This document shows, in pieces, positions 29,790 through 41,900 of a stretch of DNA of 64,000 nt. This DNA is from Geosiphon pyriformis uo1 (Eukaryota; Fungi; Glomeromycota), in the NCBI GenBank assembly GCA_016748015.1, contig JAAOMT010000289.1:321639-385638 (forward strand), in the 5' to 3' direction. A model generated the notes under the pieces. That model made no database searches and had not been told where the DNA came from. It was given only the letters and a program-made list of their open reading frames with translations. A program made the position numbers and the translations under genes. Positions within the stretch are counted from its first letter, which is position 1. Every line of letters begins with the position of its first letter.

Positions 29790-32700
29790 TTAATCTCCAT
29801 AAGGTAGACTTAGAGGCTGTCGATTATTGTTGCTAATCTCATTGATGAAGGATTGATCGAGGGAAGAACTTTGTTTGTTCTTATTTAAATAATCCAAGGC
29901 TTGACGAGCAATTGTCAATACAGAAAGTGGCATTCCTGAATATGAATCAGTTAAAATTTAGTTCTTTCGAGAAGAGGTTGTTATTTGAAAAATCAAAAAC
30001 TGCATTTTCCCGCTAACCTGCCAGCTGTGCCACTTTCAGGGCGGAAGAATTTTGATTGACCCCCTTTCCCAAAAGATGAACGTAATGAAAACCTCCATCC
30101 TGGTGCCAATGGAAGAATTGTTAATAGATGAAGTAGTTTGATAATAGAATTTTTTTTCAATATAAGCTAATTACTTCTCTTTCTTGAACAGCTGTACAAT
30201 AGCAACCAATGCTTTCAAAATTTTTGATCATATCTGCCAACTCATGAAAATGTGTAGCAAATAATGTTCGACTGCGATTAAGATAATGTAGATGATATAA
30301 GGTTGCAAAGGATATTGCTAGACCCTCCATGGTATTGGTCCCACGTCCTACTTCGTCCATTATTACCTAATAGTAAAAATTAATTGGTTAAAGTCAGTTC
30401 TTATGATAGCCTAAGACAGGATATTACTCACGAAAGATCGAGAAGTAGCATGTTTCAATATATGAGAGGTTTCCATCATTTCCACCATGAAAGTCGATTG
30501 ATTTTGATACAAATTGTCTGAGGCTCCCACCTACATGATTAAGAATCAGGCCAATATGATCAAAATAAAAGATGAAATATGTAATTCAAACTTCTTACCC
30601 TACAAAATATTTGATCGACAATTCCAATTTCCGCAAAATCTGCAGGAACAAAAGAGCCAATCTGCGCTAATATGGATATAAGAGCATTTTGTCGAAGAAA
30701 GGTGCTTTTACCTCCCATATTAGGCCTAAATTGATAAAAGTCTTGTTTTTGCTTTAATTCAAAAAATTCTAAATCATTCTTCGCTTACCCCGTTATCAAC
30801 CAAACGCGTTCCTGTTCATTGAGACAGCAATCATTTTTGGTAAAAATACGATTTTTGATTTGAAGTCCTGCTTCAACAATTGGGTGTCTACCACCAATGA
30901 TATCGTGAGCGGTCCTGTGTCAAACGATACTTTATTAAAAAAATGTGAATATGTAATGGCAGTTAAAGGAACGTAAAAATATATCTACCCGTTATTTAAT
31001 ATAGGGCGCACAAAATTTTGTTCTCTTGCTAATACGGCCAAAGATGAGGTTACATCCAGTTCATCAATCACAAAGGAATTTTGAACGGTCAAATTCCAAT
31101 GTTCGATGACCTAAAGGAGCATTGAACAGCTCATATTTGGCTCAAATAATTTGGGATTTTGCTGATATAGAACGCCAACCTTTCCTCTTAATATTGAAAA
31201 TGCCTTGCTTTCTTCTTCTCGTATCTTGAACTTGAGAGTTTCGAGTTCTCCGCCTATATGCGTCCATTGCTTCTCGAAGGGGTTTAAAAGAGATGAAAAC
31301 GAGCGTATTACTGACAGTTTTATGGAAAAAATAGGTTTACCTGAACAAGAAACCACGCTTGACTTTTAGTTTTACGGACACAAGTCGCCTGCAATGATTC
31401 TACAAATGACTGGTGATCTGAATCTCTAATAGTGACGATAAAACCATAATTCGGAGTTGATTTAAGCTCAAGCGATGGCAAATCTAAAAGGAAACCATAT
31501 AAATGAAAATCAGAATTCATGTATTATTAAGAAAAAATGGGTTCATCTAGCTTACTGAATGAAGCCCTCCATTTCTCTTGTAACTCAAATTGATCCTTAT
31601 ATAATTTTTTCAATTGCCTATGCAATTTTGCGACGGCAGGCAGAAACCTAGAGATAAAACAATTTCGGGGAAGTACCAAAAGATTAGAAGCTATTGCGGC
31701 AAGGTACCGAGTATAACCTTACGCTGATTTAATACACCAATTATCAGACTTGATTTGCATCTCAACGTGATCAATCTCGGATGTTTTCTTCCTTCTAGAA
31801 GTTTCTGGTTTATTAGTCACAGCCTTCTTCTCCGAGTTTACCAAATCTGATTCTATAGCCTTTTCTAAAATTCCATCGTTCTCTTCAGCAGACGCTTGCA
31901 TTTTAATCAAGGCTTCTTCATCTATCGCACTATCGATCTTTTCTATCAAATCGTCTTGCGATTCTATGCGATTGATGAAAGTTTCTACGCTAAAGTCAGG
32001 GTGAATCTCTAGCTCCTTATTCATACGCAATTGGATATTTTTCATCGCTTTTATCGCTTGCTTGAGCTTAAGAAAAAGCTCAGGTCCTCCGCGTTGGAGT
32101 GACAATCGTTGAGTGATCCTCTGGGCATCATCATAGTCCTCCAAAAAATGCCGAATGTCACTAGTTAAATGTGTATTTTTGAAAAAATATTCCACTAAAT
32201 CTTGGCGAGTTTTTATCAATTCTATTGAAGTTGAAGGTAAGCCTGTAACAGAAACTGAATTAGTAATTGATTGATTATTCAGGTAGGACGCTTTTAATAA
32301 ATCTTACATAGCCAGCGATGTAATGTTCGCGCACCGGATGGCGTTTTGGTTTTTTGAATAGCATAAAGCAAGCTCCCTTGTTTAATATTATCACGCATCG
32401 ACTGAATAATCTCTAGAGAATGTAATGCTGTTGCGTCAATAATCATTGTTTCTTCCGGATTGACTCTAATTGGACTCTCCAATTTCAAGGTACGGTCAAC
32501 TAAATTCTTATTGACATAGTTGAACAATCCAGCACTTGCTTGCAATTCTACCGGAGAAAAAACTGGGCAAACCACACTATTCGTCTTCATTTCAATTTCC
32601 CATGATTGTTGTTCGGTAACATCAAAAGTGTCCTGGGATTGAAAAGTAATCTTAACTAAATTTTGATCAATATAATTCCAAATGGAGTTATTTGGCTGAT

Positions 32701-33605
32701 AACGATAAATTTCACTCAAGAGTATCTCTTTTGGACTAATACGCGCAACATCATTGGAGAGGGATTCCACCGACGATCTTTGCATAAAAAACTCGCCGGT
32801 TGAAATATCGACCCAGGCTAATCCGGTAGCTTCTGTGACTTCATCAAAAGAAATTCCAAGAAGAAAATTATTTCGATCAAGCTCCAAAAAGTTCTCATCG
32901 ATCAAAGTACCGGGTGTTATAATACGCGTAATACGCCTTGTAAATTTCGAATTGCCATATTGAGATCCATCACTTCGAAATTCATCACAAAGTGCAATCG
33001 AGTAACCATCATTCACCAATGTCTCGGTGTGTTTTTCTAAGTGCTGGGCAGGAAAACCAATGCAAGGAAACCACTCTTGTGCAAGCTTTCTTTTAATGAT
33101 TTTGAGATTCAATTTTGGTCCAACCTCAATTGCTTGCTCAAAAAATACCTAAATTTAATTTGATAGATGTTACTCAGCCTCTTTTAGAAATATAGTTTCT
33201 GTACAAACAAGGTATGATAAGTACCTCCCAAAAACAGCCAACTCTAACAAAAATAATGCATTCTGGATGTTGCTTCTGAGACATTCTGACCAGTCGACCT
33301 AAATTAGTTTGGAATTCCGGGGTTTCGACCTTCTCGGCTTCAAATTGAGGATTTTGGGCCATTATTGGCAAATCAGTGAAAGAAATACTAGTAGTGACTT
33401 TTGAACGAGATATTTGAAAATATATTTTTTTAGAGAAACAATTTATTGGCAAAAAATGTCTTTGAAGTTTTAATGGTGACGCCAAAAGCTTTCCCTTTGA
33501 AAAACCATTTTTTACTTGTAGCTGTAATGTTGAAGGAAAATAATGGCGCTTGTAGGGTGAAACGTTTCTAATGGCATGCTTGGTGAGGGTTAGTAAGATT
33601 GGCAT
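29790..33605 (-). CDS. MSH1: Mitochondrial MutS homolog 1, multi-exon
   Basis: Basic presequence; FVRVGCFWE mismatch-binding motif; [11 protein letters not shown]; [16 protein letters not shown]; STFMVEM; MDEVGRGT; LFATHFHEL. Confidence 0.93.
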
Positions 33606-34001
33606 ATCATGAATTTCGTTGCGTGAGATTGGACGGATAGACGGAACGTATGTAAAGTTTGAATACTTTATTAAAAACTACTGTGAAGACGCGCCGCTTT
33701 ATCGTTTCTGATTGAAATGATAAAACTGACTGTAAGACTTCCAGTTTTGGAAACTAACTAATAATAACTAATATTCCTCGAACGAACTTCGACTTTGAAA
33801 AATGCCAACCGACAAACATGAAAAAGTAAAGTTATTTTCAACTTTGATTGATTCAAAGGGAGCTTGGAAAATCTTGGGTGTTGTACTATATTAAAACGCG
33901 TTTTCCCCATATCATGAGGTTGTCAATCATTGCTATTTTTTTTTGGAAAAATCATTACTAATACAACCTCAATAAGTTTAATCTATTGCTTAAAAATCAT
34001 T

Positions 34002-36005
34002 ATGCTAATTAGATTATATAAAAGCTCGACCAGATCAATCACAAAATCCACTGCTTTTTCTTGGAACCATTTAAATGATTTTTGCCCATTAAGAATTTCT
34101 ACAATCATAAAAAAACAAAATTTCTATCGAAATATCATGTCGGTTACTAAGAATGACGACCAAAGGTTTCAATTCAATCCCACACTCAACATTCAATTGC
34201 AGAAACATCTTTCTTGATCTACTTATTTAATTGTCACATTAATCATGCCACTAATAAAATTCATTATTATAGGAGTGTACCCTGAAGAGTGCTAATTAAT
34301 GTGACGACAATTAAATCAAGTCCATCAAAGAAAACGTTATTTTAACTTGCGTTTTTAAGCATTTTAACATCATTATTTGTGTAGCATTTTAAAATGGGCT
34401 TCAGCTGATGGGGAATTTCGTAGAAAGCCTTCAAGCTTTCGTAATTTTATCAGCAAAGATCCATCTGCTACTTTTTTTGCAGAACCGTAAGATTTCAATA
34501 AAAATTAAACATGGCCGATCTCAAAATTTTCGATTAATTAACTTTATGGTCTTTTTTTTCATGCTTTAGCGATAGATATCACTTGTACATTAGTTGGGCT
34601 TGCCCTTGGGTATGTACTTAATTAGGTTGACGTTAATCAATTCCTTTTGACTTCGCCTCTCAATAATTTCTTGGAAATCCAATTAGGCTCATCGTACTGT
34701 GATTGTCAGAGCGCTGAAAGGTCTTGATAATATCATTGGATTGAGCGTGGTTGATTATCTTTTGCAAGAAAAAGGGTGGAAATTCAGTACACCGGAAGAA
34801 ACTCCGGGTTCGATCCCTGATACAGTAAATAATGCGAAATTTCTTCGGGAATTATATTTCAAAGTCAATCCTGACTATACTGGCAGGTTGGCATATAAAT
34901 TTTTTTTTGTATACTTTTTATGGTATTTTTCATAAGTATAGGATAAATATCTAATCTCACTTAGATTCACCGTTCCCGTCTTATGGGATAAAAAGCTTGG
35001 AACGATTGGTAAATTAGAGTCTCTTGATTTTCAATTGAATTTTTGATATTTCTTTGATAACTTAAAAGTATCTGTATTCGAATCAACTCCATACTTTATG
35101 ATAGTAAATAATGAATCTAGTGAAATAATTCGCATGTTCAATGACGTTTTTGACGATTTGGTTCCTGAGACAAAAGGAATCACTTATTATCCGGAACACC
35201 TTCGCCCGGAAATCGATGCTATTAATGAATGGATCTATGATAAGGTTAATAATGGGGTCTATAAATGTGGTTTTGCCACGAGTCAAGAAGCGTGTAAGTA
35301 CGGAAAGTGGAACATAGCTTTTTCATATTACTATTTTTATATATAAAATTAACAAAATGTTCTCTTTAACTGGTGCTACTTAAAAGATGAAAAAAATGTT
35401 AAACCACTTTTCGAGTCATTAGATCGGCTAGAAGAGATACTTTCCAAAAATGATTTTCTCATAGCAGATACTTTTACGGAGGCTGATATTCGACTCTGGA
35501 CGACAATTATAAGGTACAATCGCTATTTAATTAAATGATTGAATTGTCCTGTTTCAAAAGAATTTTCTAGATACTTTTTATTTCATTAATTTTAATTTGG
35601 TCCATTTCCATGCATCAGATTTGATCCAGTATACCACGGTCATTTCAAAACTAATCTGAGATCTATCGGGAAAGATTATCCTAACCTTCTTCGCTGGGCT
35701 CGACAAATCTATCAGATTCCAAAAGGTATTAATTTCATGTATCGATAATTATTTATTTTCTACTATTTAATTCAACCACATTCTAACTGGGGTTTTTTAA
35801 AGTCGCCGAGACTGTCAACATGCATCACATAAAGCACCATTACTACGAAAGCCATCGACAAATCAATCCGACTGGAATTGTTCCAGTCAGTAATGGAGAA
35901 GGTACATTTTCGTTTTCCGTTTTTGTACAATAATCTTTAATGTCAAACTGATTTTTGAAAAATCAACGTTCTCTAGATCTCTCTCTGCCATATTCCAGAC
36001 CCTAA
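34002..36005 (+). CDS. ECM4: Glutathionyl-hydroquinone reductase (Ecm4/Gto family), 10 exons; second in-frame ATG at 34137
   Basis: DGEFRRKPSSFR, RYHLYISWACPWAHR, FTVPVLWDKK, VNNESSEIIRM, VNNGVYKCGFA, HIKHHYYESH, INPTGIVP. Confidence 0.93.
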
Positions 36006-36351
36006 AAATTTTATGTTACTGTTGGCGGAGTTATCTTACATTAAGCTTATTAAATTTGAATAAAATATCTTTTTATACTGTTTGAAATTTTTTTACAATA
36101 AAAGATTTAAAATAATTATTAACAAAAAAATTTTTTTTATATGAGATGAATTATAACAAAATCAAACAAAGTAAATAATAGTAATAACATTACATTGTTT
36201 TTTGTTAAAATTTAGTCCAAATTGTTTATGATTTTTATTATATTAATAACCCAATTTATATAATTTACCAAAAATTTACATTTAACTTAATGTTAAAACT
36301 TAAAAATATATTTTAATTAATAAGATTTTATAATAAAAATATTAAATCTTT

Positions 36352-36655
36352 CCTTGATCCCCAGATCACGGGAATGCGGACAAGAAAGCACGGAAGCACG
36401 CTCTTGAATCTGGCGTCATAGACTCGTCTGCTGGCCCCTTAGCTCTGGTTATGCTGGACTCTGGGGTTCTTGGTGTGCCCAAGTCGTGGGGAAGCGAAGT
36501 TGGTAGCGAGACCGGCAGTGTGAGCGGCGTTTCGGATCTCGAGGATTTGGAAAACCCCATAGTAGAAGAAACTCGTTAGGTAGTTTCGGATGGATTGTAG
36601 GGCGACAGAGCCATGAATGACGCAACCCTACGTCAGACTCGAACTAGGACATACA
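36352..36655 (+). mobile_element. Short GC/CpG-rich internal fragment of a LINE ORF1
   Basis: Translates SWGSEVGSETGSVSGVS...EET...MNDATLRQTRTRTY, colinear with FWGSKMKSEESSVSGVS...EET...MNDATPRKTQMRTY of the LINE at 39.4-39.55 kb. Confidence 0.85.
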
Positions 36656-36701
36656 AATAATTACTATGTCATCAAATACCATATAATTTTATTAAAAAAA
36701 A

Positions 36702-37623
36702 TTAATAGGAAATTCTTTCACCATTTATCTCACAACGCCGCCTCATTGATCCTATTAACCCAATTAAGGTAGATTCAGGAATATCTTGTCACTCTTCCCC
36801 CATAAATATCTTTAATTCACTACGATTTCGAGGCATTCATTTTTCTACATTTTTTTTAACAATAGCCCAAAGGTTTTCTATTGGGTTTAAGTCGGGATTA
36901 TTAGATGGCCATTCCAACAATTCAGTTGTATTCTTGGCAAGCTTGCTAGTATGCTTGGGGTCATTATCTTGTTGGAATCACCAATTATTCTCCAGCATTG
37001 CTCTAATTTCAGGTAAGTGGTTACGAAAAATATCTATATAAAATTGAGCATTCATTATTTGAACAAAACAGAATAAACTAGTCTTTACTTTTTTATAGAA
37101 ACCCCCTTACGTGAGAATTTTTGTTCGATCTTTAGGCATAGAATGAATTGATCGAGTACCTTTATGTCAACGTTTTACCATGTTTTGAAAAAGTTGAAAA
37201 GATGTTTTGTCAGTAAAAACTGTTCTTTTTCAATCATCATTCAGGTGTTTTTTGGTTTATTCTACACATTTTCACTTATGCTCTTTGGTCAATATTGGAG
37301 TTGTTTTAGGAAGACTTTTTTTATAACATGAGAAACATTTATTCCTTTCTTAGCCAATTTTATTGCTAAATATCTAGACGAAACTGAGGAATCTTTACGA
37401 ATAATCTGTTCTAATACTTTTAAAGCATTTCCCTAATCTTTCTTGGCTGACCATTACCATCCGCATGCTTTATTGTTCCTTTTTTTTTGAGTTTTTCGAG
37501 GATATTATAGATTGTAAAAAGGGGTATATTTGTTTTATTTTGTATTTCTTTTGTCTTTTGTATTCCTTGCTTCCAAAAATGTAATATGACTTGCCATTGC
37601 GTTTCTTGCTTTGAAGTCGGCAT
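36702..37623 (-). mobile_element. Tc1/mariner (IS630-like) transposase relic
   Basis: N-terminal HTH; FTDKTSF; [10 protein letters not shown]; [15 protein letters not shown]. Several stops and deletions; TIRs not recognised. Confidence 0.9.
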
Positions 37624-38999
37624 TTTAAAGACAAGGTTTAAAAAAAACTATTAGTTAATACACAAGAAAATTTTTTTAGAGCCTAGCTACTTACCTAATA
37701 TTCTGTTTTCATTTTTATTATCATAAAACTTACCAAAAATGGTTAAACCAAACACAATCTTAGTAGATTCATATTTTTCCAATTTTTTTCTTACCAGATT
37801 GTATTTGGTGATAAGTAGTTTTATTATTGGATATTTCCTTAGATTTGGATTTATTTTTAGTTGTAAAATCTTTTTTGCAAAGATTTGCTAGTTTGGAATA
37901 CAGTTTTATTAGTTTTATAAAACAAGTTAATAAATTGATAAAAAAATTAAATACATTCATGTTTTATTTTAAATATAAATTATTAGTAATTTTTTTATCA
38001 CAAGATCAAGTAAAAAATATAGTAATAAGTTTAAATTTATATAATATTATTAAATTGAAATTATATATGAAAAGTTTGTTAAAAACTATAATAAAACTAA
38101 TAATAAAAGTAAATAGTTTTAATTTAGCTTCAAATTTAAACAATTTTTTTTATTAATAACTAATTTTATTTGAAAAAGTATTATATATATTATATAAAAA
38201 TTAAATAATCTTATTAAACAATTAAATATTATTTATTAATATAATAAATTAAATAATTTAGTATTTATATTATTGAAATTTAAATTAAAATATAAAGTTT
38301 AATCATAATTAAAAAATAATTTTAATAAATTGTAAATTTTTATCTATAAATTAAAAACCAATAACATGAAATTTAGAATTATAATTGTTTTAAATAATAG
38401 TTTAACTTAATATATACATAAAATTATTAAACTAATATTTAAAAATAATTTTTAATTTTAATTTTGAATTTATATATTAAAGTTTTTTTAATAGTATACT
38501 TAAATTAAACTAATTTAATTAATGTTTTTATTTTAAAAAACTATAATTAAAATTTTTTTTGATCAAAATAGCTATATAAAACAATTTGTATAAAGTTTTA
38601 AAAACAATTAATTAAATTTTTGTGTTAATATTACTAATTAATATTATAATTAAATATAAAATTGTGAAAATAAATAAATTTTTTAATATTAATTACAAAA
38701 TAGTTTTAATATTTGTAAATTTAAATAATTTGTTAAATATTTATTTAATATTTATAAGAAATTAAGCCAATAAAAATAAATAAAAATACAATTTTAAAAA
38801 TACAAATAATAAAAAATGGCTTGGTTTTAAAACAATTTTTTTTATTAAAAACAGTAATTATATTAAGTCATTTTACTATTTATATTTATAAAAAAAAATT
38901 AAATTTAATATAATTTATATTAAATAAAATTATATATAAATCTGTTAAGATTATATTTAATAATAATTTAAATATTAAAAATATTGTTTTAAGCTTAAT

Positions 39000-41900
39000 A
39001 ATAAGCAAAAATTGAAACTTTCTTTTGTCAATCTCTTGACCACAATGAGAGCTATAGTTGTTTGTTTGGAGAATTCACTTTGCTTTTCCTTTTCTTCCCT
39101 TTTTCCCTTTGTTTTCTTTAGTCATTTCTTCCAACATGCCTTCTTTTGTCGTAATGGAACCAGTAGGCTCATTTGCTGGTGGTTCTGGTTCAGTGTCTGC
39201 TGGATTGAGGCCCCAGTCTGTTGTTAAAAATAGCAAAAAAAAGGTGCATGTTGATAGTGTGTATTTTCACAGTTCTTCTTTCAAAAAACCAAAAAAACCT
39301 GAGACTTCTGGCACCATTGTGGATTTGTCAGTTGGGCCTGTGTCTGCCAAAACGTTGCAAGCTACTAGCACTGAGTACGGTAAATTTTGGGGCAGTAAGA
39401 TGAAAAGCGAAGAAAGCAGTGTAAGTGGGGTGTCGGAAGAGAACTTAAAAAACACAATCACTGAAGAAACGAGTTATGTTGACTCCAACACTTTTGAGAC
39501 AGACAACATGATGAACGATGCTACTCCAAGAAAGACACAGATGAGAACTTATGTACTGGGTCAGCTGCCGAAGATGCCTTCTTTTGATGCTTTGAGTGAT
39601 GATAATACTGAATTAGTGCTCTCAGTGCCTAAGTTTTCTGGATCTCATAAGCTGCCATTGGTTGAATCACATGATCGGAATGTTAGAAATTTTAGTTCTG
39701 CTAAGTCATTTACATTGAATATAGAGCTGTCGGCAATTCCTAGGAAGACTAATAGTGATAAGTTATTTACAATAAAGAAAATTTTCTATCACATTGATGG
39801 TTTTGGGGGGCATCCACTCCCTCAAAATTTCCTTGAATTATTAGATTGTCATTCACATTTGAAACAAGCTTGTTAAAGGCTAAGGAAATGGCAATCTGTG
39901 AAAAAATTTTGGTTAATGATGATGTCAGAAAAGCAAACAGCTGTTCGGATTAGAAGATGATTGTCAAGAAGATCCCAGTGGATCTTCTCAGATTGGCAGT
40001 GGAATCAGTATTTTCTAAATTTGGTGAGATTGTGTCCATTAAGTTGCAGCTGATTGGTCTTTGGCAAAAGGCTTTAGTTGAATTCAAATCATCTGAAATA
40101 GCCAGTTTGGTTGCAGCCAAGTGGTCAGTTCTCATGAGAAAGGATTTGGTGCATGTGGCTTTGGTGGTCCGTAATAAACAAACATAGGTATTAAGAGATC
40201 AGCATTGGGCTCTGCTTTATACTTTTCTAGTTGGCACCATTGCTCATGATCTCTCCAGTTTGTTAGAATTATATGGTGAAAGGACTTGTTTCATTGGCTG
40301 TAATTCTAGTACATATGTTCATGATAGATGTGCTGTAATTTGTTTTGGTAATGAAGCATCCAAGTTGGCTGCTATTGATACTGTTCTAATTTTTAAGGGT
40401 GTAAATCTGCATTGGGCTGGTCTTTCTCTGGCCTGTTGCGCTGCATGTAAACAATTTGGTCATGTTTCTGGTGTCTGTCCTGTGAGTAAGAATTCTGGAT
40501 CTCGTGAGAAGCGAGTGATTTCTGATCAGGATCGGGTTTGTTTGGCTGGCATTTATAAGAAGAAGCAGACTTCTATCTCCCATCCCGTGTCTTTTGCTGG
40601 TAAAACTTGGGCTCAAGTTGCTGGTGGTTCTCTCTCTTGTGTGTTTTCCTCTGTTTTTTCTAGTGCTGGTGTGCGTTCTAGTTCAGTTTCTTCTTCTTTG
40701 ATATCTGATCCTCTTGTCATGTCGCAATTGAATGATCATTTGGCAACATTGGAATGCTCTTTAGAGATTTTGGCGGATCGAGTTTCTGGTATAGTGAAGA
40801 AGCTCAGTTTTGTTGATTTGGTACTATTAGCCTCTCTCTGTGATGGTGCGTCTTCAATTGTCTTTGTGCCTGCGGCTTTAGGTGTAAGTTCAGATATAGT
40901 CTTAGATGATAGATCAACTTTGTCTGTTCTCCCCTTTTCTGGTGCTGGTGGGTCTGCTGTTGTTCTTAGCTCAAGTGGCTCTAAGGTTCTTACCTCTAAA
41001 GTAGGTGGCTTGGAATCTAAGATGTCTGCTATGAAAGCTTCAATTGGTGCTGTTCTGGCAAGATTGGATTTCTTGTGCTTTAATTTGGGTCATTCTCTTT
41101 CATCTTCATCCCAATGAGCTGTTTGGTCTGGAAATTTGCTACATGCAATGTTCGAGGCATCAATGTTCCTGCAAAGCAGGAGGATGTTATTTATTGGCAT
41201 GTAAGCTCAAGAAATATGGTTTCATTTATTACTGAAACGAAGTTGAGGTTTTTTTCTGGACCTTGAATAAAAGATAAATTTGATGGAGTGCGAATTTTTT
41301 CTTTAGGATTGGATAAAGGTTTTATGGGTACTGGGGTTGCTATTATTATGAACACTTTTTTGGCTCATCATGTTTCTAAGGTAGAGGAGATTCCCGGTCG
41401 GGTTGTTTTTGTTCGGCTCTTGTTTAAGGGCAAGCTCTTGGTTACAGTTTTGGGGTTATATGCTGATGTTTTTTCTGGGACTAGTTTCAGTTAGGCTTCT
41501 GAAATTAACTCTCTTATTGCAAAAGCTGTCAACTCCAGCAATTTTGTTGTCTTGGATGGGGACTTTAATGAGAATGGACATAGTAGAAGTGCTAGTTTCA
41601 AGTTTTGTTTGAGTTTGGGTTTGGTCAATTTATTTGTCGGTCATTATTTGGTTGATCTTCATATGTGAAGCAACTCGAAAGGAGTTGGGAAGATGATTGA
41701 TTATATTTTTGTTGGTGGCAATTTGTCTTCTGCTGTAGCTGGTCATCAAGTGGTCTCTGTTTCAGATTTTTTTGACACTGATCACAGGGCAGTTGTGGTT
41801 TCAGTTGGTTTGGGTGGGCTTCTGGATGTTCAATTGAATAGTTTACACAAGCAGGCAAATAGGGACCGTTGGAAGTTCAAAATCAAGGATGTTGACTGTG

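Noticed and set aside
37769-38156. ORFs of 63 and 109 aa in A/T-rich DNA
   Set aside because: Low-complexity K/I/L/N/F composition typical of eroded repeats.
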